Origin: Lama glama
Taxonomy: Eukaryota
Length of the DNA stretch: 64,000 bases
Assembly (NCBI GenBank): GCA_028534125.1
Contig: CM052817.1
Coordinates: forward strand, 47,990,001 to 48,054,000
Direction of reading: 5' to 3'
The position numbers and the translations under genes are program-made. The notes beneath the pieces were generated by a model. That model saw only the letters and a program-made list of their open reading frames with translations. It had not been told where the DNA came from and made no database searches. Below are positions 12,406 to 27,009 of this stretch, in pieces; position 1 is the stretch's first letter; each line of letters opens with the position of its first letter.

Positions 12406-15400
12406 TAAGACAGAATACCTGCCCTTATAACAGAGTTGAGTTGAAGCCAGATATGGAAGCAAATACCTTATTGTATGTGTAAGACACAAGGCACACAGAA
12501 GACAAGACAAGGTCAGTTCCAACCTGGTGGTGGATGTAAGTGATGAACAGGGAAAAGGCACTAAGCTACCTCAGGGCACAGACCGTAATGTAGAACAATT
12601 TTTATCTTCAACCTCTAACGCAAGCGTTCCATACATAGCAAGGACTCAATAGATGTCCAGAAGGTTAAGTATGTCCTTTAAAGTTTATAAAAGTCCTTGT
12701 CTCCATGAATATAAATCCAAGGGATGTTCTACTTTCTGAAACTGGAGATTATTTTAAGAACAAGGATAGGGAGTGAAACTTAACTTTCTTCTGATATTGT
12801 ATATAATCTGCTAATACAGAATGCAAGTCAGTTAGGAATAAAATACACAGAAATCAAAACCCACGAGAGAGACTAGCCTAACAGCCTGAAGTTTACCTCT
12901 GGCAAACGGATGGAAAGAAAGGGGTCAGGAGCAGTGCATACATGTGCACAGACATAGAATAAACATTCGTGCTAGGAGTTCCCCCGAGTGATTCAGACAA
13001 GTTGGCTTATGGGGATGCTGAGAACCATGGCATAGTTCTTTCCACCAAGGAAAGCGACACAGATTTGTACACAGATTATAATATACTCTAAACAGAGATT
13101 CAAAGAGGCCTGAAAAAGACACCTAAGAGGACAGAGTGTTTAACTGTGCCTAGTGTGAACCCACAAGAACTTCCTGCAGTGATGACATCTAAACAGGGCT
13201 TTGAATAATGTAAGCACTCACTCTGAGAACTGGAGATGGCTGGCATGCTCTGCGGTCTTCAAGCATCTCACATGGCACAGCAACTATGAGAACCACGTGG
13301 CCCAAGATAACAGAATTCTTCAGTATGCATTTACTAAGTCTGCCTATGGAAATCATTGTGATGGGCCACACGGGAGCTGGAAAGAGGACTGAAACAGGGT
13401 CCTTTTCTTCAAAATGTTTTGGCCCAGAAAGATAGGTAATTACACAAAAAAACTACTGTGCAAGACATTATGTGACCAATGCCACAGAGTAATACAAATG
13501 TAATCCGGGCAAAAATAAGAGCAATAGTAATCACATTATGAGTGAAGGCTACGCTGACAAGTGTCTCTATCTGGAGGATCTTAAAGGATGGAGAAGATTT
13601 TGATAAGTGGTAATCACTGAGGCATGGAGAGGAGATTGGAATTCATTTGACCAGGGCATTGTACAGTATGTGAAAAGAATCATTTTAAATTTAGGGTGAC
13701 ATTATATCACAAAGAGGCTTAAATCCCAAGCCAGGGCAAATGGACATTCTTTAAGGAGAAAAGGTTTAGAGGGTCTTTATATCTTTTAGAAAAAATACAA
13801 GGGTTTAGAAATATGTGACTGACATGTTAAGAACCATGCTTTAAAAAAATATTTAGAACAAAGCAAGAGAGACTGGTTGTCAACTCATGGTTAAACCATT
13901 AGAACAGTCTCGACATGAAATAAAAGGACTGGATCTAAGGTCTGATAGCAGGAAAAGAAAGGCAACGTTAAAACAGGGCACATTTTGGAGTTACCCAAGA
14001 GAACACATGCAAATTGAGGGCTCTGCCATAGAGTGTATCAGAGAAAATTTATTGCTACAACTGCCTAATATCTATTTCTAGATACCTATTCTAAGCTACT
14101 TCTCCCTCCCACACCCTGTCTGTAACACTTAAAATCTCTTTCCTTGTGAGAAGCATCCCCTGCTTTCCAGTCTGAAGCTCAGACTCTCTTCCTGCCTCCG
14201 CAATGACTCAGGGAAAGACCTTGGGGAAGTCGTGACCTTGCTGAACCTGGTTTGCTTTTGAGTGCTCTGCAGGGATAATGTGGGACATAACTAACCAAAA
14301 TGATGGCCAAAAAAAGCCAAGTGCCTTGGTGTTCCTCATCAGCACAGAGCTATTCTGCAGAGTGGAAAGGTGGATCCCATCCCAAACAGAGCAGGCAGCC
14401 AGTCAGGGCCATCTGACATGCAGCCAAAGCAAATGCCACCCAAAAACATGCTTCTTTTAATATCACAATGCCTCCATCTCTCTCACTGTTTCAGGTTTCT
14501 TTTTTGAATCAATTTTATAGCAGTCAGAGCCCTTTATAATTTTAGACAGCATCTCCAATTTTCACATTCCACAGCCTCCTTTCCTAACAAAGTTTGAACA
14601 AAACAATATTCAGAGTGAAAAGCCTTTGATTCGTGATGATATCTGAACTGGTGTCTTTAGATTTGTGTCAAAACACTGGCATTTATTCTATAACTATTGT
14701 CATTCAAAGGAATGATTTCAAATAAGCAATTCCAAAAGTGATGAAAGCATTTTTTACATACTCAACTCTTGTTTTAAGAGGTAAATCCTAATATGCCTTG
14801 ATTTTCCAATGTTTTCTACATTGGAAAAGAAGAATAAAATCTCAATATTTTATCAATCTCAAATTTGCTAAACTCAAAATTCTGAATTTTATTAGTAAGA
14901 AAACTTAATGAGCGAAAAAGAACAGGCATTTACTTTCAAGGACACAAAGCAACTCTGACCAACTACATAACAAAAGTAAGAATATGTTTCCAAATTGTTC
15001 AGAATAAAATATATTAGTCAACATCTATTTCTAGCCTTTCAAACTAAATCAACTCAGAAATGCTTCCTAGTATAGAAAATCTAAAAATGCTCAAAAAAAT
15101 ACAGAAAATATCTCATAGAAATCATGGCTTATCTGCCAGAAAGTAAGAGAAATAATTGGAAGCAAAAAATAATGGCAACAAGAAAGAGTAAATCTACAAC
15201 ATCAGTAAACCCTAGAGCCTGGGCCTGGAAGACTATGGTATCCTTGGGGTCTAAGGCATGGATTAGAATGACCATGTGAATTCTAAAGGACGAAGACCAA
15301 TCCTAGGGATATGGGATAAAGGGTACAGATGGGAGACACCTTCTGAAAAAGAATTGGATCCTCTAAATACTGAGGATGTGACTCAGTAGGTCAATCAGGA

Positions 15401-15734
15401 AAAAGATCCACCCTATGGAGAAAGATAGTGGGGATACATGCCACTCTTGGTCTTGCCACTAGATGTAATGCCATTAAAAAAAAAAAACAGAATCTCCAAA
15501 GACATGCCTAACCATGTATCTACAACTGAGTTTGGAGCTGGAATTCATATTACCTCTGCAATCTGAAAAGCCTTAAGCCAAAAATGTAGTGTGAAGTGGT
15601 CCTAGACGTCTACGAATTAGTCTTGCCTTCAAAAAATATATACATAGATATAAAATATCAAAACTAGGGAAGAAATCAAACTTCTAGGGAAGAAATCAAC
15701 ACGATCTAGACTATTGCAAATTCTTCAGTACAAA

Positions 15735-16359
15735 TGTGGCAGATTTTACTTTCCAAAGATGGCTGGAAAAATATCTCCTGTCCCAATATTTTTCTACAAT
15801 GTAAAACTGTCATTCCTCCATCAAACAGTGGAGTCCTTCCTCACCTCCTTGAATGAAGGATGGCCTTGTGTCTGTTTTCAACAATTGACTCTGGCAAAGT
15901 AAAGAAGCTGTGCCAGTTGCAGGTATAACCATGAAGTGGTCTAGCATTTTTCATGTCTTCATTCATGGCAGTCAGCTGCTGTAAAGCAAGTACAAATAAC
16001 CCAGCTGCCATGCTGCAAGAAGCCTAAGCCACATGGAAAGATCCTGGAGGATGAAATACCATGTGGAGAGAGAGAGAGTGACAGGTAGGCAGGCAGACAC
16101 TCACAGCAAAGAATTTCAAGATACGAGACAAGTGAGTGAGTGAAGAAGCCTTGGATGTCCTTGGACAATCAGCATGGTCAACACTTCAGAGGACAGTGGT
16201 CCCAGACACTGTCTAACTGTAACTGCAGGAGAAACCTCAAGAAGTATCCATCTGAGCCCTGTCAACCCAAAGAAACAGGAGCAATAATAATAAATTGTTG
16301 TCTGAATTTGCTAAGTTGTCAGGTGGCCTGTTATACAGGAAACCATAAACAGAAGAACA
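15735..16359 (+). mobile_element. MaLR LTR (MLT1G/H-like)
   Basis: Starts tgtggcaga..., contains gctgccatgctgcaagaagcctaagccacatggaaaga, and ends aataaattgttg...ctaagtt...tgttataca...aaca. Confidence 0.65.
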
Positions 16360-16859
16360 AGCTGGTAGTCTTCAACAGATAAATTACAAGGAGAAACAAA
16401 CTGATGGAGAGGAGAATCTACAGACTAAAAGTTTATGAAAGATTTAAGATAGTGTTTGAAGTGTATTTGGATCCTGATTTAAACAAATATTTTTAAGTTT
16501 ATTATATTCACGGCATATTCATAAATTTAAATATTGACTGGATACTTGATGATATTAAGGAATTTTGTTAACTTCTTTTAGACTGATAACAGTATTATGG
16601 TCATGCTTTTCAAAAGAGATCTTATGTTTAGAAATACATACTCCAAAATTAATGGATGCTATGGAATGTTGTATGCACTGACTTCAAAGTATTATAGGAA
16701 GGGGGATAAGATAATGGAGATTTAAATGATTCAAGATTGGGCTGGAGTGATTAATTGTAAGAGCTGGGTGATAAATACTGGAGTTATACTATTCTGTCTA
16801 CTTTTATATGTGTTAAAACTTTCCATAATCAAAAATATTTCATAAGAATAAATAAAATA

Positions 16860-19570
16860 AGGGTTTGAAGCATTTCATAGGAAGATTATTAGCTCACAAT
16901 TAAAAAACAAAAGCACTAAATACATGAGGAAGAAAGACACTTGGAGAAAGAGTAAGCCAAAAAAAAAAAAAAACAAAGTTCAGAATCAAACCTGCAAAGA
17001 CAGCAAATATATATACAAAAAAAGTATATGAAAGTGTAATAAAGAAGTTAGAGACTATCAAAACTGAACAGGAAGATCTGGAAAAGAACAAAACAGAACT
17101 TCTAAATATAAAAAAGATAACTCTGGAAAGGAAAAATTCAATGGAATGGTTTGATATGAGAATAAAACCAACAGTAGTAGAAAAAGAGAGCTGAAGATAT
17201 TACCCAAATTACAACACGGAGACTGAGAGGTAGGAAATGTATAAACCACAGAAAACAAAACAAAACAGGCTAGTAGAAACAGACCACAAGATAAGGATGT
17301 ACTATAAAAATTTACTTGGAATTCTAGGAGGATGTATTAGAAATTGAAAAAGTCAAGGACTTAAAAAATTCCATAATTGATGAAAGACAGGAAGATACAG
17401 GAAGCCCAGTAATCCAACAAGTCAAAAAAAAGAAATTTATGCTTTCACAAGTTATAGCAGAACTCCAGAATAAAGACAAAGAAGAAGATGATACAGCATT
17501 CAAAAAAAAAAAAAAAAAAAAAAAAGAGAGAGAGATGATCACTTACAAAAGAATGAGAATTATCCCGAGAGTTCACTTTTATGGAAGTCAGAAATAATGG
17601 TAATAGCTTCTAAGTGCTGGAAAAAAATAGCTTTCAACCTAAAATTATATAAACAGAGAAATTACCTTTTAAGAATGAGGGTGAGAGGGGGAGGGTATAG
17701 CTCAAGTGGTAGAGCATGTGCTTAGCATGCACGAGGTCCTGGGTTCAATCCCCAGTACCTCCACTAAAAATAAACATACCTAATTACCTCCCTCCCACCA
17801 AAATAAAATAATTAAATAATATGACAATAAATACAATGTTTAAAAAAAAAAAAAAGAATGAGGGTGAGAGAAACGTTTTCAGGCAAATATAAAAGAGAGA
17901 GTTTATCTCCCAAAGACCCTCACAGGAAGAAATTTCAAAAGTCTAATAAATAAGTACTTTTTAAGGGAAATAATTCAGTCTAAAGGAAAACAGTCTAAAA
18001 ATGAAGGTCTGAAATATATTAAAAAAAAAAAAAGAAAAAGAAAAGAAAAAAAAACGTAAACTTGTATGTAATCCTAAAAATAATGACCACATCTAATTAA
18101 TTGGATTTTAAAATCCAGACAGCAATAAAACCTGGGTAATAACAGCATATGATCTGGGAAGGAATACTAAACTTATAGCATTCTTTAGCCCTTAGGATTA
18201 TTCAGAAGGCTAAAAATACTCACAAACTTTAAAATTCATAAATGCATATTAAAATATGCAACATAATCACTAAGAGATAAAATACATAACTTCCAAACTA
18301 ACAGAAAAAAATAAGAAAACAGAAAATAAGAAAAATAAAACTGCATCAACCTAAAAGAGGGCAATAAAAGAGAATAAAAAAAGAAAGAACACAGGGAAAG
18401 TTACACAAATAGAAGGCCAAAAAACGTGGTAAAAATTAATTCAGATCTATCAGTCATCACCATCAATTTAAATGTATTAAATACTGTGGTTAAAAGCAAA
18501 GATTGTAAAAATGGATTTTTAGAAAAGTTCAACCATGTGTTATTTACAAAGAGACACAAGACACAAGGTATACTGAAAATAACAGAATGAAAAACTATAT
18601 ACCAGGCAAATGAAAACTGCAAGTTACCACAGCTTTATTAATACAAAATAAAATAAACTTTAAGGTAAAAAGCATGACTAGGAACAAAGAGAGTCACAAA
18701 AAAAGTTCAATTCACTAAAAAGATAAACTAAATATCAATGTAGAAGTACTTAAAAGTACTTGGCTTCAAAACAAAGCAAATTCTAACAAAAAACCAAAGA
18801 CATAGTATAGAAAATCAATATAGTAAAAAATTGCCTCTTAAAAGATAATAAAACAGCAAACCACAGGCTTGATTGATCAAGAGAAATAAGAAGTACAAAT
18901 CAATAATTTTAGGAATTTAAAGGGAAAAACAACAGATTCAGATTACATTCATTATAAATGATAGTATTATAAACATGTCAACAAATTTTAAAATGTAACA
19001 GAAATGAAAAAACCTAGAAAAAGTATGTTACTACAATTGAAAAACAGAAATTCTGAATTTTTTTATAACCGTTAAAACATTCTGATCACCATTTTACAAG
19101 TTCTACACAGGAACCACCTGGCCCAGATAGTTTTACAACATATCTAATCATTTAAAGAAAAGCTATTTGACATGTTATACATAATAAAGAGAATATTCTA
19201 CTCTAGAGAATGGTAGTGGAACATGTGCAGAAATACTCTCCAGCTCATTTTATAAGGAGAGCATATTTCTAATACCACAATCAGACAGGGACACTGTAAG
19301 AAAGGAAAATTGCAAGGCAATGTCACTCTTAAACTAAGATGCAAAAGTCCAATACATATATATTAGTAGTATGTGTTATTGTATTATATATTATAATATA
19401 TATATTAGCAAACAAAATCCAACAATGTATAAAAAAGAAATTATATTCTACCAGGTTGCAAGGTTGGTTCAACAATAAAAAAATCTATTAATACAGCTCA
19501 CGTAATCAACAGGTTAAAGAAGAAAACCCAAATTTTTATCTCAATAGTTTCAGAAAAAGCATTTGTTGTT
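16860..19570 (+). mobile_element. Old degraded L1 (ORF1 and ORF2 remnants)
   Basis: Very A-rich plus strand with L1-like motifs: tttcaacctaaaattatata (ORF1), ccaggcaaatgaaaa (endonuclease), cctggcccagatagtttt, ctaataccacaatcagacaggg, gcaaggttggttcaaca, atctcaatagtttcagaaaaagcatttg (RT). Confidence 0.7.
17688..17853 (+). mobile_element. tRNA-derived SINE, vic-1-like, long form with a perfect 17-bp TSD
   Basis: ggggagggtatagctcaagtggtagagc...gtcctgggttcaatccccagtacctcca, then tail and poly-A. TSD aagaatgagggtgagag at 17671-17687 and 17854-17870, preceded by tttt (L1 endonuclease site). Confidence 0.92.
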
Positions 19571-19854
19571 GGGTTAAGGACAGTTACCACATTAAAATCA
19601 GTGTAGTTACCATATTAAAATCACCACGAAGGAAGTATGATTTGAAATGACTTTTTCAGGTTTACAGGAGGTTCTCCAAAAGTATTATATTGTAAAGATG
19701 TGTCCGCTCAGGGTGATCTACGACACGGAAGTCTTAAAGAACATTAGGTATAATGGAACTCCTAACCAAACTGTGTTGGCTTTGAATCAGTATTTCCAAG
19801 TGCTACAAAGAAAGTAGATGGCGATGATAACCATTAATTATTAGGAACATTTAC

Positions 19855-20016
19855 CTTGAGTTTATGTTCTTTCCTGTTTACAATCACAGCTGTGATTTGC
19901 TGGTCCATGAAAATCAGAATGGTGACCAACAAAGCAGGGATAGCAGCTGCAAGGTACACCCACCAGGGGTTTCCTCCAAATGGTGGAACAAACCATCCTC
20001 GGTTTGGACTTGTTGG
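19855..20016 (-). CDS. SLC4A4: SLC4A4 internal coding exon, 162 nt: [54 protein letters not shown]
   Basis: Acceptor ctcctcttcaag|CCA, donor AAG|gtaaat. Contains the SLC4 ion-site motif IFMDQQIT. Confidence 0.97.
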
Positions 20017-21204
20017 CTTGAAGAGGAGAGAAAATGTTTTTCAAAACAATATTCATACACACTACTTGGTGAAAAATCTTTTATACTTGGAGAGCCAACA
20101 TATTAAAAAATAGAAAGTTTTACTGATAGGTTGGACAAAGAAAGTTATTCACCAAAAATTTCCTTAAAGAGGTTATTTTTAAGGCAATGTTTTAAATGAA
20201 GGAGATGAAGAATATAGGCTGATGAAAAGAAGCAAATGCCATTCTGCCCTTTAGGGTGATCCAAGATAAGGACTCAAGATGGAAGAAAGTAATTGAAGTT
20301 TAAGGGGTACCACAAGAAAAACCCAAATGTAATATTCAGTAATGAGGCAGGCAAGGAATTACAAAACCACCATGAATTTTTAACTAATAATTGAATAAAA
20401 GAGAACTTATCTCTGCTAATAAATATGCATGGCAGAGAAAATGCAAAAAATATTTCGTTTGCTATAACATAGATATCCCTTTCTCATTTGGTAGTTATTG
20501 AGCTAAAACAGCAGTCAGTTTAATTTTCCTTGGCAAGTATCAGAGATAGAGGGGTTAGGAGTGTTCTAGAAAATAAATGAAAGACTTTTAACAGTGGAAA
20601 ATTAGGTAAGGATATTTAAGAGCGACTGAGATGTAAATTTTACCCATTAGACCTGCGAAGATCAACAGGTTTATAAAATAAATATTTCCTATACATTCTT
20701 TGTAATAATGAAAATGCACTTTATATATTTACATGTGTGTATACGGCAGGTAGTCTGGTAGCAGGAAGAGGCACCAAATTGGTAATGTAAACTTGGATAT
20801 CTTACTTAATTTTTATAAACTTTAATCTCAACTCCATAAAATCAGAATGATAATAGTTTCACTGTATCCTAGAATTATTATATAGATTAAGATTATAAAT
20901 TGTTTGAAAACCTTTGGATATTTTCCATTATTCTAAAAATACAAAGCAGAGTTTATAATGGTACTACAAGTTATTTTTCAATGAAAATCAATACAGTTTG
21001 AGCCTTGTATTTGATCCTAGTCAGGCATTTAATTTTAGAGAAGAAGTAGAAAATATGGATATACACATATAGCAAGAGACCATTTAAAAAATAAAGACAT
21101 GGATAATTGTACAAAACTCAGGAGAGATACAACTAGCTAGAACAGGGGAAAGGAAAGAAAACCAAAGAGTTCCAGGAATGACCAAAAGACAGAAGTTCAC
21201 CTAC

Positions 21205-21318
21205 CTTGAACTCACTTGGCACAATTAGTTTTGGAGTATCCACACCTACCAGGGCATCTATTACACAGAAGATGAGAATGGACAAGATAATGGCAAAGTC
21301 ACTGATCAGTTTTCTTGC
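21205..21318 (-). CDS. SLC4A4: SLC4A4 internal coding exon, 114 nt: [38 protein letters not shown]
   Basis: Acceptor tttttccag|GCA, donor AAG|gtaggt. Lies within ORF 21133..21333. Confidence 0.97.
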
Positions 21319-23799
21319 CTGGAAAAATAACAAAGAAACCAGAGATTGTTTACCACTGGGTACATGTATTTGCTTCTCTTTGAAGTGAATGAAGAATTCT
21401 GTATTTGCTAACAGTTTATGGTAACAGCTTCATCAACAAATTAAACGAGGTGTCACACTGCAGAGAAATTATTTTTTAAATTGTCTTTGCATCACTTTTT
21501 CACTTGGCCAGAAATAATCTAATTGTACAGAACAGGTCAGAGAAAGTGTGTGTGCGCGTGTGTGTAGGCAGTGGTGAAGAATCAAAGATAACACATCCTT
21601 GAAATACTGCACACAATTCCTATATGAAGCACAAAGGAGTCCTGGATAAGGATAAAATCTCAAGGCATATTGTAAAAATCTGCACAAAAACATACAATTC
21701 TGTTTAGTTTTGGGGAGTCAGCATTGTGAGCACAGAGCAAGATGAATTCCACAAGGTAACCTGAAAATCCTGACGGCCTAGTTGAGAAGGGGGTCCAGTT
21801 CATTGAACGGACACAAGACCTCAGAGAAACAAAAAGGCACGAAGGGCAGAAATACGATGACTTCACGAACTTTGCCAAAGAAAACATTTTTCACTCAAGG
21901 CTAGTGCTTAAAATCTCCTGCATGTGGAGAATTTCTTTTTCCACCACTTAAGTGCGGTCGCCACTAGCTGACAGCCTTGAAATCTCCTAAGTACCTACCT
22001 CTGGTCATGACAAGGGCTAGGCTTTACGGGATGGGCATTAAACCCAAACCCTTCCCATGGAGTGGGTGCAGAATGGCATTTCTGAGTCAATAGGGAAGCA
22101 GGGGCCTTTTCGTTACTTGGTGTTCCTCCACGGTGTCTAGGGGCACTGACAATGGCCTAAGAGCATTACTACCACACAGACAGCTGAGTTTCCCCATAAG
22201 GTATGTACACAGGGTAGTGCACAATCTGATCATTCAACAAGAATTTACTTAACACATTCAGCCCCCTGAACTCATGGGTTCTGCATCTGTGAAAAGGAAG
22301 GGCCAAGTGAATATACCGAGCACTTGGCTTAGTGGTGGGATGCCACAGGGAACCAGACACAATTCACGTCTTCATGAAGCTCACAGCCAGGTCACACACA
22401 AGGAAGTCTGCTCCCAGATAAAACCAGGGTTGGTTCAGCAGTTGTCATGTTATCTCAGGTTGAGCATTCAGTCTTCCGGTGCAGCTAGAGGAAGAGGGAT
22501 CAGTGATGGGCTGAGTGGCTCCACTGTTCTCAAGACAAATGGTCTTTTGAAAGAGCAGCAACACTCCTGCAGGCAGGCATTCAACAGAAACTGAAGTGGA
22601 GAATGGAATTACTTAGTGATGTGGGTATGAAAGGCACAGCAGTGCTCAATTCTCGACCATTACCAGGCGTCTAGAGCCTTGGGGACTAACTAGCAACAGA
22701 ATCAAAGATGGCCCGTTCGGTCAGGAGCTTCTTTCCCTTCTGGAGGGCTGGCTTAGCTTTCTGGAGAAGTACACACAGAGGATCAGAAAGCCAGCTTTGG
22801 GACTTTTAGGACCAACTTACATGAATCAGTAATTTCAAGCACAAAGAGATGGCAGGGATCAATTTGGGGAGAAAATTTAGTACAGCAGTTAGAAGCACAG
22901 TTTCTATAGTCAGATTAGCTGAGTTAGAATTCCAGCACCATTATTTCCTGTCTGTAAACACTTATCCTTTCTTAGCTTCAGTTACTCCAACTGCAAAATG
23001 TAGCCAAAATAATCCCTACACCTTCATCGGTTTGTTATAAAAATTAACTAAGTTTGAAAGGGTTTAACATAATATCTGCAACATCACATATGTTAACTCA
23101 TGTTATTTCAAGTTCCACAAAGCCTCATTGGCTGCAGAAACCACTGGAATAACTAATCTAGTGCTAGGAGATCCTCAAAAGGAATCTTGAATTCCAAGAA
23201 ACAAGAAATAAAAGCCAAGTAATAATATGAAATTGCCACTCAGAGCTCATTTTGGTTGGAAGTATCTGGAATCCCTGCAGAAAAAGGATGCCTCCCAGGG
23301 GCTGAGTACTGGAGGAAACACCTGTTTCTTAAGTTTCGTGCAGCTAAGTTTTGACGCAGGCAGTTCAGGATGGTCTGGCAAGAGATGGTCATGTGAAGCA
23401 AGGTCAGGACTAGATCAAGATGTTACAATCATCTCTGGTCCAGCAGGTTATGAATCTCTGGAAGACTAGAGGTCACTGCAAAGGCAAAAAAGAAGTTTTC
23501 TTCTTTATCACTCTTCCACTCCTTACTCAGCAAATCCAACTTGACAACCCAGATATCCTACAAGTTGTTCCAAAAGAGGGTAACAGTTATTAAAAAGGCA
23601 GTGCTCCTCCTTCCCCCACCCCATAAACAGGAGAAGGGAAGTGGAGAGTAGCAAATAAAACCAATCTGCCATTTCTTGGTAGAAGTTCCCACAGAGCCTG
23701 TATCTCTGGCCCTGCCATGGGAAAGATCTGCCTGACTGGCATCCCTACAAGCCCCGGGGAGAGGCTGCTGCTTCTTTAGTTAGGAGAGGAGGCATTCTC

Positions 23800-24147
23800 A
23801 GCTTTCCCTAAACTGAGCACTGAATCCCTAATCTTCCTCTTTTAGTAGTTTTCCCCATCTTAATTAATGGCAGCTTATTTTTTCCTATTGCTTAGGCCAA
23901 AAACTTTGGACCATTCACGCAACTCTTCCCTTTCTCTCACATCCTCCATCTAACAGATCAGCAAATTACCTTCAAAGCATAGCCAGCACCCTGTCTCTCC
24001 CCATCACCTCCACTGCTATTACCACCCTTGTCTAAACCACAGCTTCATCTCATGTGGTTCCTGCTTCCTATCTCTTCTTCCTGCTCCTACACTCGCCCCC
24101 TTCAGGACGCTGCCAAGAACACTCATGTGAAAATCTAGGTCAGATAA
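23800..24147 (+). mobile_element. L2 fragment
   Basis: atggcagct...gcttaggccaaaaactttgga...ctttctctcacatcctccatctaacagatcagcaaat...catcacctccactgctatt. Confidence 0.6.
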
Positions 24148-24668
24148 TGTGGAAGGCAGAACAAAGCTCCCCTAAAGATGTCGAATCCCTATGACCTGTG
24201 AATATGTGATGTTACAAGGCCAGGGAGAACTAGAGGTGCAGGCAGAACTAAGGGTACTAATCAGATGACCTCAAGACTGGAGAAACTGTCCAGGACTATG
24301 CCAGTGGGTCCAATGTAATCACAAGAATCCTTGTAAATGAAAGACGGTGGCAGGAGAGTCAGTGTCAGCATGACGCAGCATGAGGAAGGCTTGCCTGGCC
24401 ATTGCTAGCTTTGAAGATGGAGGAAAGGGGTCAAGAAACAAGGAATGTGGACAGCCTCGAGAAGCTGGAAAAGCTAAGGTAACATGTCCTCTCCCCAGAG
24501 CCTTCAGAAAGAACGCAACCCTGCCAACACCTTGATTTTAGTCCACTGAGACCCATACCGAGACTCATTTCAGACTTCTGACCTCCAGATCTCAAGACAA
24601 TAAATGCCCTGTGTTAAGCCACCATGTTTGCACTAATATGACAGAACAGCCATGGGAAACTAATTACT
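24148..24668 (+). mobile_element. MaLR LTR (MLT1D-like), near full length
   Basis: tgtggaaggcagaa...cctaaagatgtc...acctgtgaatatg...gggtccaatgtaatcacaaga...ctttgaagatggagg...ccctgccaacaccttgattttag...cagacttctgacctccaga...aataaat...ggaaactaat. Confidence 0.8.
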
Positions 24669-27009
24669 AGTATAAACAAACAGTTCATCTACTTTAGTTT
24701 AAGGATCAGTTTTCTTTGAAGGAACCCCTCAGCAATGTCACTCTTGTCAAGTGTGGCACTATTTATCACACTGTAAGTATCAAAGTAGCTAAAAAGACAA
24801 ATGCTAACAATTCAGGATTATGTTTCTTAAAGTGTATGGGGGAAGAAAAGCTACTCTACAAATAATATTGCTTAACCTCATTAAAAACCACAGCCAGGGT
24901 GGCATGTTCTGTGTAATATACTCACTTCTATTTCCCCTTCCTTCCCCTTAAATTGGACAATACAGTTCAGGCTCAGCAGAATCACTCCTAGGGAGTATTT
25001 ATTCTAAGACACTCATTTCTAAGATATTGGATCTGGTTTAAACTTCACAGTCAAGGAAATTGATTTTTTTCCCAGGCCACTTTTGTATTCAACTCTAAAT
25101 CCTCTAATTAGTGAAGGCAGGTAGGGGTGTTATTTGAGCAGGCTATTCAGGTCCTGCCCTATACTAAAATTAAACTTTAATCTGAAAGACGCAAAACCAA
25201 CAGGAGAACTAGAAAGTGCCCTAAAAATGTCAACTGAGAACCTACAGCTTACTAGATACACTCTAAGATCTGGGGGCAGGAGCTTAGCATCTGACTTTGA
25301 GGAGATAAGAATCACAAGAAGTGCCCTTATCACATTTCCAAACATTTAGAAAAAGAAACAGACATGAACTTCATTTTTTTTTTAGTTTATTTTGCATTCC
25401 ATCTTCTTCAAACTTGATCTCTTTCAAAAACTCCAAAATAGTACCCTTTTTTGTGTCAATATATAAATAGAGAAATCAAATTAGAAACCCATCGTTCCTA
25501 ATTCCCTACCAGCTATTACCGGTAATGATTCAAAGCAGAAGTACCACAGTTTTCATGAGAAAACTGTTCCCACAAGATTTCATGCCCACTCGTGTATTCA
25601 GATGCCTCAAATTTAGCTCAGACAAACATCATAACTTACAGGTCCATCCAATCAAATACTAAGTCTCTCTAGGCTCAAACTTCAACATCCTAGGAATATA
25701 AACTATACAATCTAAGTGAAACACAAATTAAGGTAACGCATATACATTAAGGACTTATATTTTTTAATTTGTTTGTTGTTTTTTTTAATGGCACACACAT
25801 GTGCTACAGCGTGATAATTCCTACCTCCATTCACAAAGGGGGAACAGAAAAGTGTATTTCAACTAAGATTCAATATAAGATAACCATTATATCACAATGG
25901 TTTTGAGCTTTTTTATTTTCATTTACCATCTTTTAATTATAAAAACGAAGAGGAGAAAAATATTTCTGTCCTCTGCAGAATTAATTACAAGATATCTCAA
26001 TTAATCTAAATAAGAAGCAACCAGCTTAAATATCTAAACTACCAAGGCAAAGGAGAAATTAAGTGGATGGGAAGGGAAATTCAATTTACCAAACACTGTT
26101 CTCTTGTTCTTGGGTAAAAACAACCTAATAAATCTATTATACACATCCTCTTCATGAAGGATGATACTGTATTAATTATTAAGAGAGTCATAATCATTGA
26201 GACACCAACAGTGAGAAGCTAGTTAATTTACAGGGGGAAAAAATATGAATTTGGTTCCCAGGAAGCCCCGGAGGACATTTGGTTTTCACTTTGCGAGGAT
26301 GGCAGCTGCTTTTAAATTAACTGAGGGGAAGGCTGTGAGCCTGCAGAGCGGTTCTCAATGGATGGAGCTGTTACAGAGACCAGCCCAGCAGCAGGCACCC
26401 TGTGGGTACTCAATAAATATTCATTCAAGATGTCAATTCCTCTCATGATCGCTGTGCTTAGAAAATGCTAAACAACAATGTAAAAAAGCATTTATTCTAG
26501 ATGGACAAAAAAGTATTCTGGACAAACATGTGCTTTTTGGCAGTCATGAAAAGGCACAAAATACCATGAAATTTTAAAAATGTGACCCTCCCAACAGCCA
26601 ATACTACACAGCACTATAAAAGGAAATAAGCATTCATATCAGTACAGCAATCATCATGCACTGTACTCTGAATCAATAAAACCCACTATAATTAGAATTC
26701 AATGGAAAGACTCTAGGATTTTGATGCCATGAGTTCCAGAGTCAGAGATATCCAGGGAACAACGAAGGGAGTGGGAATGGGAAATTTATCTGGGAGGAGC
26801 TTAGCATCTGCCAGTAGAAGTCACCAGAAAAGCAAGCTGTTTTCCCAAGCAGGGGACAGAGGGGAGTAAGCCTCAGGAAGCAGCTCAGCAGGGATGCTGA
26901 GGAGACTTCAGCATCTTCTGCCTCAAACTGAGCAGCGAAACAAAGACCCCAGTGACCGAGTGCCAGAAGCAAATGAGCAAACCACACAGGGAAGATTATG
27001 TCTCAGTCT

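Noticed and set aside
15664..15699. Direct repeat ctagggaagaaatcaa twice, period 20
   Set aside because: Simple local tandem duplication with only two units and no spacer array.
17688..17762. Apparent tRNA genes (also at 10449, 41573 and 49791)
   Set aside because: Poly-A tails, target-site duplications and degenerate stems show they are SINE copies, not tRNA genes.
19582..19623. Direct repeat agttacca(c/t)attaaaatca twice, period 23
   Set aside because: Two-copy slippage duplication at the end of an old L1; not CRISPR-like or otherwise structured.
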